Below, piece after piece: positions 53,959 to 63,583 of a DNA stretch of 64,000 bases. Origin of the DNA: Candidatus Hadarchaeales archaeon (lineage in GTDB: Archaea > Hadarchaeota > Hadarchaeia > Hadarchaeales > Hadarchaeaceae); assembly GCA_038872135.1 (NCBI GenBank), contig JAVZGN010000001.1:147-64146 (forward strand). Direction: 5' to 3'. The position numbers and the translations under genes were made by a program. The first letter of the stretch is position 1, and each line of letters opens with the position of its first letter. The notes under the pieces were generated by a model. It worked only from the letters and a program-made list of their open reading frames with translations, did not search any database and was not told the DNA's origin.

Positions 53959-54636
53959 ATGGATTTAGAAGTCGAGAGGTGGAAGCGGGAGGCTGGTGAA
54001 AGGGCCGCGGGACTTGTGAAAAAGGGGATGGTGGTGGGACTTGGGTCTGGGACAACCGTGGCGGAAGTTGTGGCAGCCCTGAAGGGAAGGAAGTCGGTGG
54101 CGACATTTGTTCCTGCATCTTCCTTCATCGAAAGGGTTGCAAGGAGGGCGGGACTGAAAATCTCCCCTCTCTGCAGGGAGCTTGATTTAGCGATTGATGG
54201 AGCTGATGAAGTTGACCGGAAGATGAACCTCCTGAAGGGGAAGGGAGGAGCCCTGACGAGGGAAAAAATTCTTCTCAGGGCAGCGAGGAGGGTTGCGATA
54301 GTGGTAGATGAAACGAAGCTTGTGGGGCGGCTGGGGGAAAAAAATCCTGTGCCGGTGGAGATTTTTCCCTTTGCGGCAGGATTTGTGAGAGAGAGGCTGA
54401 GGAGGCTGGGAGGGGAGCCGGAGCTGAGGAGGAGGGCGGGAAGGCCATTCGTCACAGACAATGGAAATTATATTCTTGATGCTTGGTTTGGGAGGATCGA
54501 TGACCCGGCGGGGCTTGAGAGGGAGATAAACGAAATCCCAGGGGTTGTGGAGAATGGAATTTTTACCGTTCGGGTAGATCTCCTGATAATCGGTGGGAGA
54601 GAAGGGACAAAAGTGGTGAGGCGGGGTTCAAAATAA
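53959..54636 (+). CDS. rpiA: ribose-5-phosphate isomerase A
   Basis: It has the motifs GLGSGTTV and DGADEVD and is 225 aa long. Confidence 0.85.
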   Translation: MDLEVERWKREAGERAAGLVKKGMVVGLGSGTTVAEVVAALKGRKSVATFVPASSFIERVARRAGLKISPLCRELDLAIDGADEVDRKMNLLKGKGGALTREKILLRAARRVAIVVDETKLVGRLGEKNPVPVEIFPFAAGFVRERLRRLGGEPELRRRAGRPFVTDNGNYILDAWFGRIDDPAGLEREINEIPGVVENGIFTVRVDLLIIGGREGTKVVRRGSK

Positions 54637-54774
54637 CGGCCTGCTTAGTGCAGATACTTGAGACTGCTTTCAGCGTCTTCCGGCAAGTCTCGGTCAACTA
54701 TGCACGGCCGTGCACTTCTTAGCAAAACATTCTCGTTTCAAAGCAGCTACAAGTCCACTCATCACGAGAGTCCA

Positions 54775-55500
54775 CTAGCCGTGTGTGGTGAATTCTATCA
54801 TGTACACCCGGCGGCTTTTTCTCCTCGCCCAGAGGGGAAAGGCAACAACAGCCCCAGCGATGAATCCTCCAATATGCGCAAGATATGCAACATTAGACGA
54901 GCCAGGCAAGATCCAAGTTATCGACATCGAGATGAACTGGAGAATAAACCAAAAGCCAAGAAAAGCAGCAGCGGGGATCATTGCCACATGCCAGAAGTAA
55001 CCAAGCGTCAGGAGGGTGTGAACTTTCGCCCGCGGATAAATAAGCGCATAGGCCCCCAGCACCCCAGATATCGCTCCAGACGCCCCGATGGTCGGGATGG
55101 GAGAAGATGGATCTGAAAGGATGTGGAGGGCATCAGCTGCAAGTCCACACCCTATGTAGAACAGGATGAATTTTCCCCTCCCGAGAAGATCCTCAACATT
55201 GTCCCCAAAAATCCACAGATACCACATGTTCCCGATGATGTGAAAAAAACCCCCATGGAGAAACATTGATGTGATCAGGGTGTGGAGATTTTTCCCACCT
55301 ACAATTTCAGCAGGCCTCATTCCAAACTCCTCTATCGTCTGCTCGAAAACCCCCGTTGCCAGCGTCAAAATAAAAACAGCAAAATTGACGGCGATGAGAG
55401 CCCAGGTCACCACCGGCCTTCTCCTCGATGGATTTTCATCCTTCAGCGGGAACATCTCTTCACCCTTCCCCTCCAGACTTTCAGAAGCATCGAGTGGCAT
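54775..55500 (-). CDS. rhomboid-family intramembrane serine protease
   Basis: It has the catalytic GASGAISG and a His in a TM helix (AHIGGFIAG), with six TM helices. The start may be an internal Met, since the ORF overlaps the helicase 3' end. Confidence 0.8.
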   Translation of the reverse strand: MPLDASESLEGKGEEMFPLKDENPSRRRPVVTWALIAVNFAVFILTLATGVFEQTIEEFGMRPAEIVGGKNLHTLITSMFLHGGFFHIIGNMWYLWIFGDNVEDLLGRGKFILFYIGCGLAADALHILSDPSSPIPTIGASGAISGVLGAYALIYPRAKVHTLLTLGYFWHVAMIPAAAFLGFWFILQFISMSITWILPGSSNVAYLAHIGGFIAGAVVAFPLWARRKSRRVYMIEFTTHG

Positions 55501-57074
55501 GTCTGATCTGGGCTCCAGAATTCCACAACATCATCCTCAGACCTCAGAACCCTCCCCACCTGCTGGATGAAGCACCTATCCGCCATGTCCCGGTAGTAGG
55601 CCCAGAAGGCTGCCTTCCCAAGTTTTTTCTCCATCCCCCTCAGAAGGGGGTCCTCCCTCTCGGGAAATGGAAACTTAGTTACAATAATGCTTCTCATCCC
55701 CTTCAAATCCGCCCCCCTGTCCATCTTCGTCGTGAACATCACTCCATCCTCTTCAACAACATCTCTTCCCTTGATCTTCTCCACCAGCTGTGGGGGAAGG
55801 TATTTGAAGGCATGAACGGGGATGAACGCCGGCCTCTCAGCCTTCTCCATCATCTCCCCCAGAAGCCTCCAGTAATTTTCCCTAAAGTCATCCCTCGACC
55901 AGCTCCGATAGTTTACCGGCTTCTCCCTCCAAGTCCTTCTCTGGATGAGAAGGCCCGGGAACCTCGTCTCCCCCTCAACCACCAAGGGGTCAATCCCATA
56001 GACCTCCCTGAGAACTTCCTGGCTCTGAACTGTGGCCGACATCAGCAGCCACTTCCCGCCAACCTTCCTCCGATACCCCCGAAGGACAGGTCTTGGGTCT
56101 GGGACAAGATATGTCACGGAATCCCCCTTCACCTCGCACTCCACATCCTCCCAGTGCTCTAGGACCGATGCAAGCTTCCAGAAGAAATCATTAGCGGTTT
56201 CATCGATCTCCTCAAGCAGCTCCTTCAGGAAAATCGCAAGATCTAAGGGGTCTTTTCTCCCGGCGGTTGTCTCCCTCCAGACCTCTTCAAGCTCCGCCTC
56301 AATTTCATCCCCCCGGAGTTTTTCTCTCACCCACTCGATTCTCTTCCGGCTTACCGTCACCTTCAGCGCCAGCTGGTCCAGCCATTCGTCAGCTTCATCT
56401 ATGACCGTCAGCGGGAGCCTCGGGAGCCTTCCAATGGAGACCTCGGCAGCCCACTTCATGGAATTCATGACGATGACATCTGCCGATGGATACGCGGAAA
56501 ACTGCTTCCAGTAGGGGCACTCCCCATGGAGACAGACGGCCCACTCCCCGGCTACCCCGGTGTAGAACTCCTTCTTGGCCCCCTTCACATCCTTCGCGAG
56601 ATTTCTTGGAAAAACAAACCCCCACTCCCGGCATTCCTTCAGGGCATCTATCCTTCTTTCCCCAGCCTCCCGGTTGAGACGCCTCCTGCAGGGAAGCCCC
56701 CTCTCCGAGCAATTGACCTCACGTCCTTTTGCCCTCATGAATGAGCAGAGAAAGTTCTCCCGCCCCTTGAGAACGCTAATTTTCGCCTTTGAGCCATCCT
56801 CCTTGAGAAAGTATTTTTCCCTTTCATAACTCCTCGAATACTGTTCTGAAAGAACTTTGGTTGGAACTGTCACGATTCCCCTCCCCAGCTCAAGAATAGT
56901 TCTGATGCCTACCACAGACTTGCCGCTCCCCACCATGGCCTTGAGCAAAATGACGTCGTTCGATTCAAATCCTTCCAAAATCTCCTCTATCAGGTCCACT
57001 TGAGTTTTCCCTGAGGAATATCTGCGGGGCTGAAGAGGCTTTTCCTCTTGGTAGAGGTTGAGCGAAATCACCAT
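55443..57074 (-). CDS. Rad3/XPD-family (DinG-like) Fe-S helicase, short form
   Basis: It has Walker A (AMVGSGKS), a Cys cluster between motifs I and II (four Cys), a DEAD-like box (VIDEADEW), an SAT motif and motif VI (QQVGRVLRS). Confidence 0.6.
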   Translation of the reverse strand: MVISLNLYQEEKPLQPRRYSSGKTQVDLIEEILEGFESNDVILLKAMVGSGKSVVGIRTILELGRGIVTVPTKVLSEQYSRSYEREKYFLKEDGSKAKISVLKGRENFLCSFMRAKGREVNCSERGLPCRRRLNREAGERRIDALKECREWGFVFPRNLAKDVKGAKKEFYTGVAGEWAVCLHGECPYWKQFSAYPSADVIVMNSMKWAAEVSIGRLPRLPLTVIDEADEWLDQLALKVTVSRKRIEWVREKLRGDEIEAELEEVWRETTAGRKDPLDLAIFLKELLEEIDETANDFFWKLASVLEHWEDVECEVKGDSVTYLVPDPRPVLRGYRRKVGGKWLLMSATVQSQEVLREVYGIDPLVVEGETRFPGLLIQRRTWREKPVNYRSWSRDDFRENYWRLLGEMMEKAERPAFIPVHAFKYLPPQLVEKIKGRDVVEEDGVMFTTKMDRGADLKGMRSIIVTKFPFPEREDPLLRGMEKKLGKAAFWAYYRDMADRCFIQQVGRVLRSEDDVVEFWSPDQTCHSMLLKVWRGRVKRCSR

Positions 57075-57164
57075 TTTTCCGTTATTGTTTGTCCTCTCTC
57101 AGATAAATCTTCTCCGTCTCTTGAAGTATAAATCTTTTTATATTGGTGTGAATGTAAATTTTAC

Positions 57165-57575
57165 TTGGATTTAATGGAAATAGAAAAGGGAAAGCCCATC
57201 AGGATTTTTGCTGAGGAGGAGGGGGAGTGGAAGACCCTGGATCTCCAACAAGCCTTCAAGGTAGCAGAAGCCCTCGCCGACCCTACCAGACAATGGATCT
57301 ATCAGGTTCTGGAAAACGGTCCCTTCAGGCAGGCCGAGCTCGCGAAGAAGGCAAGCGACTTCTTCAAGAAAAAGATAACAAATGTCCTAATGCGCTATCA
57401 CCTCAACAAGCTCAGCGAGGCAGGCCTGGTGAGGTTTGGGATAAACCCTGGGCCGGGAAGGGTTAAAATGGTTTACAGAGCCTCGGACCTAAGAGTGCAG
57501 CTGAGGCAGTCTCTCTCTGGCGCAACTCCAGAAAACCTGAGCGAAGAGTTAACGAGGATTTTCAGGAGGAGCTGA
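57165..57575 (+). CDS. ArsR-like winged-helix transcription regulator
   Basis: The region LADPTRQWIYQVLENGPFRQAELAKKA...LSEAGLVR is ArsR-like. Its stop overlaps the next start (TGAATG). Confidence 0.5.
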   Translation: MDLMEIEKGKPIRIFAEEEGEWKTLDLQQAFKVAEALADPTRQWIYQVLENGPFRQAELAKKASDFFKKKITNVLMRYHLNKLSEAGLVRFGINPGPGRVKMVYRASDLRVQLRQSLSGATPENLSEELTRIFRRS

Positions 57576-58382
57576 ATGCCGGTCATCTCGGTTCTTGGGA
57601 CCAAAGGGGGAGTTGGAAAGTCCACCGTCGCGATGGGCATTGCTATATGGATCAGCAAGCTCCAGGAAGAGATGGTCCTTCTGGTAGACGGCGACACCCA
57701 TGTCAGGACAATTGAGCTGAAGATGTGCCCTGGGGCAGACGCCACCCTTTCCCAGGTGCTTGAAGGAAAGATCTCCCTCGCCGACGCCATCTTTGCATGC
57801 CAACTCAAGAGCGGTGGCAAGCCACTTTTCCCAAAGCTGGCGGTCCTCCCGGCCGGCGGAAGATTTCTCCCTCCTGGTGCGAGGGACATGGTTAATTTTG
57901 TAGAGACTACTGTCAGAAGATTCGACAGGATGCTCACAACCCTCAGAAAAAAATTTTCCTACATAATAGTTGATACCCCTGCATCGGTGGGGTTCGAGCA
58001 TTTAATCCTGACGGCAATTGCAGATGGCCTCCTCTTTGTGGTCAACCCAGATCTCGACTCGATCCTCTCAGCCACCCAGACAGCGGTTGGGCTGAAAGAG
58101 CTTCTTGGGATAAATTCCATCGGAGTGGTCGTCAACAGGGCACCCAAGGGCAGCACCGCGGAGGAGTGGGCATCTCAGACAGAGAAGATTGCCCCGGTGA
58201 TAGGAGTAATCGAAGACGATGAGCTTGTGGAGGATTCTTTCAGGAAGGATCTTCCGGTAGTTGCCCTTTACCCTGAGGCTCCTTCAAGCATTGCTCTTGA
58301 GAGCATCGCAAGGGAGATCCTCAGGATGGAAATTCAGCCGATGAAACTCCTTCCGAAGTTTGAGTTTGCGAGAAAGGGATAG
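57576..58382 (+). CDS. MinD/ParA-family P-loop ATPase
   Basis: It has the deviant Walker A motif GTKGGVGKST and is 268 aa long. Confidence 0.75.
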   Translation: MPVISVLGTKGGVGKSTVAMGIAIWISKLQEEMVLLVDGDTHVRTIELKMCPGADATLSQVLEGKISLADAIFACQLKSGGKPLFPKLAVLPAGGRFLPPGARDMVNFVETTVRRFDRMLTTLRKKFSYIIVDTPASVGFEHLILTAIADGLLFVVNPDLDSILSATQTAVGLKELLGINSIGVVVNRAPKGSTAEEWASQTEKIAPVIGVIEDDELVEDSFRKDLPVVALYPEAPSSIALESIAREILRMEIQPMKLLPKFEFARKG

Positions 58383-58401
58383 CTCTCCATCTCGGTCAGA
58401 G

Positions 58402-61400
58402 CTAAGCGTGAGTTCTCAGCCCCCTCCAGATGAATCTCCCAATTGTTGCTAGGGCCAAAAACAAAAGGACCCCCACGGCAGCAAAGAACAGGTAGATAGA
58501 CGGGACCCAGGAAAATGGCTGGGTGGGAAGAGCGGAGATGATGATGGTGTGGGTCGAGAAGCGAGGAATTGAGACAAACACCTGAATGCCTTCGGCCCCT
58601 CTTAAAACTAGATATTCTGGAACATCCTCGTCGGTGGGATCAAGGACATCCCTGTAGTCTTCAGCTTCCCTGATGGGGAGGTTATCTAGGAGAACCCTCA
58701 ACCCCGTGGTGGGGCGGAAGATGCTGTTTTCAATGTTCATCATTATTGTCTTTCCATTTCCAGTAGACTCCACCTCAACAACAATTTTCTCTTCAACAGC
58801 TATCTCCTTCACTTCGACTCTCACCCCAGGATACTGGAAATCAATCGAGGAGATTCCCCTCCTAATTTTCAGAGAGACACCCAGAAAGCCGTTGGCAATA
58901 GCATTTTCCAAGAGATCGAGCCGGCGATTCTCTTCTGGAATTTCAAATTCTTCCAAAATCTGCCCCACATTTTCCACAAGATTTTCCATGGTTCTAGCAT
59001 ATGCGGGGAGAACGGTCACCACCACGCTCGCCTCAGAATCAAGATAATCCATGTAGCCAGAGAGAAACGCAGAAATCTTCACGCGCTCTTTGCTGGCAAC
59101 CTCTGGAGCTATAAATTCCACAGAAGTTCGCCCTAGAACATCGGTTCTCCCGCTGGCAGCTGAAAGAATCCCAGCCGTCGCCGCCCACCCAATTTTTCTA
59201 CCAGAAATCGGCCGATTGTCGCCATCTTTTAAAGTGGCAGTGATGGTGATGGAATCTCCTGAGAAAACTTCAAGGTTGGAAGGTTCAAGACTCAAAAAAG
59301 TTGCCCTTGGGGGAGGTGAAGGGGGAAACATCTGGCTTGGGCTTGGGATGGTCCCCTCCTCCGCCTCAACCGAGAAGGAATAGACCTTTGGAGTCGCTGT
59401 TGGGGTTTCCAGCAGAAACTTTGCCCGGAGAAATCTCGCCCGCGGGAGCTCCGAGAGATCGAGCACAGTCATCTTCCCATAATAGGGCAGCCACTCGGTC
59501 TCTCCCTTTATTGTGGAGCGGTCGTCGCTGACCTCAACCTTGATCAAGATGTTTTCTCCACCAGAGACGCTACCTCTGATGGCAAGATTCTCAAACCTTG
59601 CATTCACCCCAAAATCCTCCCATGGAGAAGTCCACACCCCCCTCTTCCTCCCGCTTTCAAGCGTCAGATGATTTTCCACCCTTCTTGTGTTTTCATGCAC
59701 TCCCTCATCCCATTTTTCCTCAGAATATCCCCTCCCGCCAACAAAAGTGACATTGGGGCTGCTGGTTGCCAGAAATGTGAAAGAAGAGATGGCGGGGCTC
59801 GTCTCATCCTCAGGTGTCTCCAGGTAAAATGTGACCCGCCCATATCTCGCTGGAATTATCTCCAAGGCCGCAAAGCCAAACCTCAGCTCAGCGTCAATCC
59901 TATCCTTTGTTGCGAGAGCATCATCCGAGGTTTCGATTGTTATTCTCAAGTTTTCAATTCCTCTTTTCCTGCTTCCTGCCTGAACAGCCAAGTGGTTAGC
60001 CTCACCGATGAAATACCATGGAGATGTCCACTTCCCGCAGAGGGGATGAAGCCTGAAACCATAAAAAGTCCCGTAGCCGCTGCCGGTGATTATCTCGGGG
60101 AGGTCATCTCCATCCAGGTCCCCGGAGCTGGGCCAGCCGCCGCCAAGACCGGAGGCGAGAAATGGCAGTTTAATCCAGTTCTCCCCAATCCTGATGAAAC
60201 CATCGAAGCCGTTGGTGCTTGCAATCACCAAAACCTTGGCGCCTTTCAGCGAGATCACAGTGGGTCCCGGGAACCACCCCAGCCCGCCAATCCCGCTGAC
60301 AAGCATCGAGTTCTCGGTCCAACCGTTTTCCGTCCATTCATAGCCATACATCGCTCCAGGTCCCTTCCCCACCAGGAGCTCTGGATAATCATCCCCATCA
60401 AGATCTCCGACCCACGGGAAGATGTAATCGTTGAACTGGGGGAGGCCGGCTGTGAGGGCTGAGTTCTCCACCCAGTTCTCTCCATCTTTGTTCCAGCTGA
60501 ACCCCCGCAGAATCCCTTGGTGATTCCCGACCAAGAGCTCCAGCGAGCCATCATTCCAGAGATCAAAGAGAGCCGGTGTGGGAAGAGTGGTGATGGTTGG
60601 AAGCCCTTTCACAAGTGCCGAGTTCTCCACCCACCCATTGGCTGTCCAGCTGTACCCATGGACGCCGGTTGGACGGTCGCCGGAGAGAAGCTCGAGTGTC
60701 CCATCGCCATTTATGTCTCCAAGGGCTGGGGCGGACTGCTCGACCAGAGTGTAAATCCCCTTTATGACATTTTCATTGTCGATCCATCTCTCACCATCCC
60801 AAGTTTTTCCACCCAAAAGACCATACTTGTTTCCCAGTATGAGATCAAGTCTTCCATCTTTGTCTATGTCAGCCGTCGCGGTGCAGGACCACGGCCCACC
60901 ACTCATACCTTTCTTAACATTTTCATTTTCCACCCAGGTGCTTCCTGTCCAAGTATATCCATGAAAAACATCAGCATATTGCTCCCCAGAGATTAGGTCT
61001 GGCCTTCCATCCCCATCCACATCTGCAATGCTTGGGTGGGAGTACATGTTGCCAATCCTTTTGAGCCCGGCAACAAGGGAGGAGTTCTCAACCCAGTTTT
61101 CTCCCGTCCATGAAAACCCATAGAAGTAGCCGGCGGCACTTCCAGCGATGAGCTCCGGGCGATTGTCCCCGGTGATGTCTGCAAGGGCCGGAGCCGACCA
61201 GCTTCCGATATCCCTGAGCCCCTTGATGATTTTGGAATTTCCAGTCCACCTCCCTTTCGTCCAGCTGTAACCCTTGAAGCTCCCTCCTTCCCAGCCAATT
61301 ATTACATCAATTGTACCATCACCATCAACATCTCCAAAAGCCGGCGCAGAGTTTGTGAGCTGTGGAAGGCCCAAGGTCAAGGTGAAGTCTTCTACCCAGC

Positions 61401-62355
61401 GGTTGTCCACCCGTCTGAACCCTCTCGTCCCCTCGGCATACTGCCCTACAAAGAGCTCTGGGATGTTGTCGCCGTCCATGTCCCAGAGAGCTGGAGAGGC
61501 ATAATCGGTTATCGATGGGAGCCCGGCAACAAGAGGCTTCCTCTCGCTCCAGAGGGAGAGGCTGAGATTCTCGTAAAACCATGTGTTTTCAAATTCTCCA
61601 GCTTCCCAATCCTCCCTACTGCTCATGTCCCATCTCCCAAATGAGCTGCTGCCATCGATGTTTTCCCGGCAAGCGTAGACTGTTACCTGGCGGAGTCCCC
61701 TCCCACCAGCTGTGATGATTCTTGTAAATGTATTTTCGGGAAGGGGCCCGAAATTCTCCATGAAATTTTCCCACACCACCCACACCCTGTCAATGCCCCC
61801 GATATCTCCACCGAAAATCCTGCGGACTTTCCCCATCATCTGAATATCTTGGGGCGCCGATTGAAATGGAAGGATGAGCTCCACAGCCAGGTCATCCACG
61901 ATGAAAACCCTGTTTTCCCTTCTGGAGGTGAAGTTGTCCGTTTCATCCCTGATTTCCACATAGACATCGTAGTAGCCGAGAACAGAGTCGTCCGGAGGAT
62001 CGAAATCATAATGCCACTCCCCCGTGTAGGCATCGATCTCTGTGAATGTTGAAGAAATGTCGACATTGTCCACCATCCTTTCGCCCAAAGGATTGAAGAT
62101 GGTGATCCAGCAGATGCCAGCGACATTGTCTATCGCGGTTTTCCCATTGTTGTCCCTGACCCTGATGGTGATTCTCAGATCATTGTCTGCGCCAGAGTTC
62201 TCCCTGTCGATGTCTCTGTCAACAATTTCTGGCTGGGCCATCACACTTAAGATTGTCAGGGGTGGGTCTTGCTCTTGAGCCGTAGAGCTTGGAAGTTGAA
62301 TGGTGGAGAGTACCAGTGTAAGGATGATGAAAAGTGCCCCGGCTTTTTTCATCAT
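58402..62355 (-). CDS. large secreted surface protein with about ten FG-GAP/beta-propeller-like repeats, an Ig-like (Big_2-like) domain and a C-terminal TM anchor
   Basis: A signal peptide follows the MMKKAG start. Roughly 45-aa repeats of the form GY.WT..GWVENS.L..GL......P.LGD.DGDG..ELL.G recur, each with a Ca-binding-like DxDGDG motif. The C-terminus is hydrophobic with an RGLRTHA tail. Confidence 0.75.
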   Translation of the reverse strand: MMKKAGALFIILTLVLSTIQLPSSTAQEQDPPLTILSVMAQPEIVDRDIDRENSGADNDLRITIRVRDNNGKTAIDNVAGICWITIFNPLGERMVDNVDISSTFTEIDAYTGEWHYDFDPPDDSVLGYYDVYVEIRDETDNFTSRRENRVFIVDDLAVELILPFQSAPQDIQMMGKVRRIFGGDIGGIDRVWVVWENFMENFGPLPENTFTRIITAGGRGLRQVTVYACRENIDGSSSFGRWDMSSREDWEAGEFENTWFYENLSLSLWSERKPLVAGLPSITDYASPALWDMDGDNIPELFVGQYAEGTRGFRRVDNRWVEDFTLTLGLPQLTNSAPAFGDVDGDGTIDVIIGWEGGSFKGYSWTKGRWTGNSKIIKGLRDIGSWSAPALADITGDNRPELIAGSAAGYFYGFSWTGENWVENSSLVAGLKRIGNMYSHPSIADVDGDGRPDLISGEQYADVFHGYTWTGSTWVENENVKKGMSGGPWSCTATADIDKDGRLDLILGNKYGLLGGKTWDGERWIDNENVIKGIYTLVEQSAPALGDINGDGTLELLSGDRPTGVHGYSWTANGWVENSALVKGLPTITTLPTPALFDLWNDGSLELLVGNHQGILRGFSWNKDGENWVENSALTAGLPQFNDYIFPWVGDLDGDDYPELLVGKGPGAMYGYEWTENGWTENSMLVSGIGGLGWFPGPTVISLKGAKVLVIASTNGFDGFIRIGENWIKLPFLASGLGGGWPSSGDLDGDDLPEIITGSGYGTFYGFRLHPLCGKWTSPWYFIGEANHLAVQAGSRKRGIENLRITIETSDDALATKDRIDAELRFGFAALEIIPARYGRVTFYLETPEDETSPAISSFTFLATSSPNVTFVGGRGYSEEKWDEGVHENTRRVENHLTLESGRKRGVWTSPWEDFGVNARFENLAIRGSVSGGENILIKVEVSDDRSTIKGETEWLPYYGKMTVLDLSELPRARFLRAKFLLETPTATPKVYSFSVEAEEGTIPSPSQMFPPSPPPRATFLSLEPSNLEVFSGDSITITATLKDGDNRPISGRKIGWAATAGILSAASGRTDVLGRTSVEFIAPEVASKERVKISAFLSGYMDYLDSEASVVVTVLPAYARTMENLVENVGQILEEFEIPEENRRLDLLENAIANGFLGVSLKIRRGISSIDFQYPGVRVEVKEIAVEEKIVVEVESTGNGKTIMMNIENSIFRPTTGLRVLLDNLPIREAEDYRDVLDPTDEDVPEYLVLRGAEGIQVFVSIPRFSTHTIIISALPTQPFSWVPSIYLFFAAVGVLLFLALATIGRFIWRGLRTHA

Positions 62356-62383
62356 CAATCCCTTATCTGCAAAGGGCATAAAT

Positions 62384-63217
62384 CTATCTGGACGCAAACG
62401 CCGGCTCGCATTTCACTCCCAAAGATCTGCAAATCTCTTCCACCCTTGCAGAAATCTCCTCCCACCTTTTTGATCCTGGAGCCACTAGGGATGGAAGGCT
62501 CTCAATCAACTCCGGCCGCTCCATCTTCAGAAAGTTTGAAAGTCTATGCAGAACCCACCGCTTCAGGTTGAGCTTGTCATAGATGACTTTGCTGCCCGTC
62601 TCCGCCGCCACAGAAACAACTTCTCTCAATCCAATTTCATCGTCATTAACTTCCGGTATGATTGGGCCGAGAAAAAGCCAGGTCTCAACCCCTTCCGCCG
62701 AGAACTCCCTCAGAACCCCAGCCCGCTCATCCGGGGAAGAGGATCCAGGTTCAAGATTTTTCGCGAGCTCTCTGTTCATCGTGGTTATTGTTACACCAAC
62801 ATCAGAGTTCTCCGGCCTCAGAAGATCGATGTCTCGGAGCACAAGTTTTGATTTTGTTTGGATGGAAACATGGAAGCCATTTGCCAGCAGGATTTCTGCG
62901 CACCTTCTCGTCAGCCCCAGCTTTTCCTCAAGAGGCTGATACGGGTCGGTTACCGTGCTTATCCCAACAACTCCCCTCGGCTTTTTCTTCACCTCTCTGG
63001 CCAGAACTTCCACGATGTTTTCCTTTGGATAAACGACTTTTCCCCAGCTTGCCGCTAACTCTTCATCCCCAAGAACGGCTGGAGAATAGCAGTAGAGGCA
63101 CCCGTGAGCGCAGCCGAGATATGGGTTGATAGAATATCTCAGCCCAGGGAGTTTAGACTGGGAGAGGGCGGTTTTGCATTTTATCGGCTCTATCTTCATC
63201 AGAAAAATTTGCCCCAC
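62384..63217 (-). CDS. radical SAM protein (spore-photoproduct-lyase-like/Rv2578c family)
   Basis: It has the cluster motif CAHGCLYCY. The 277-aa product is 14-nt coupled upstream of the surface-protein gene. Confidence 0.7.
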   Translation of the reverse strand: MGQIFLMKIEPIKCKTALSQSKLPGLRYSINPYLGCAHGCLYCYSPAVLGDEELAASWGKVVYPKENIVEVLAREVKKKPRGVVGISTVTDPYQPLEEKLGLTRRCAEILLANGFHVSIQTKSKLVLRDIDLLRPENSDVGVTITTMNRELAKNLEPGSSSPDERAGVLREFSAEGVETWLFLGPIIPEVNDDEIGLREVVSVAAETGSKVIYDKLNLKRWVLHRLSNFLKMERPELIESLPSLVAPGSKRWEEISARVEEICRSLGVKCEPAFASR

Positions 63218-63310
63218 TCGCTTATAGCCCGATGTCCTGTTTGGTTTCTAATTCTCCACTTGTGTCGATGTCTTCACTGGTGTCGGAACTCAGACGCTTC
63301 TCCAACCGCT

Positions 63311-63322
63311 TTCTATAAATAG
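63311..63322 (+). promoter_or_regulatory. TATA box (TTCTATAAATAG) about 25 nt upstream of the structured RNA candidate
   Basis: A strong archaeal TATA-like hexamer lies at the right distance from the first base of the terminal helix at 63345. Confidence 0.45.
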
Positions 63323-63344
63323 ACGAAGAGAGAAAATTTTAATT

Positions 63345-63547
63345 GGCGGGGATCGGGCTCACTTGGTGGCCTTTACCGAAGCTCCGACTTCGGTGTTCCG
63401 CAGAACAGTGATTTCACTGGACTGCGGGTTGCATCCTTTCCCGGATGCGGGGAACCAAGGTGGGCTGAGCCCACTTCGGCATCGCAAGTGATGGCTAGCG
63501 TTCACCGTTACATCGCTTGCGATGTACGATGGAACCCGACCCCCGCC
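63345..63547 (+). ncRNA. candidate structured ncRNA (about 203 nt) of unknown family
   Basis: The 5' GGCGGGGATCGGG pairs with the 3' CCCGACCCCCGCC to form a 13-bp closing helix with one mismatch. At least five internal perfect hairpins are enclosed (CCGAAG/CTTCGG, CCGCAG..CAGTGA/CACTGG..CTGCGG, GCATCC/GGATGC, GTGGGC/GCCCAC, CATCGC/GCGATG). A TATA box sits at about -25. No ORF covers the segment. Confidence 0.35.
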
Positions 63548-63583
63548 GTTTAAGATATATCTTTCTGCGCGAAGAGTTCTTGG

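Noticed and set aside
63345-63547. Possibility that the structured RNA is RNase P RNA
   Set aside because: At about 203 nt it is too short for archaeal type A/M RNase P RNA. I could not find the universal P4/CR-I (GGAAAGUCCGG) or CR-V motifs.
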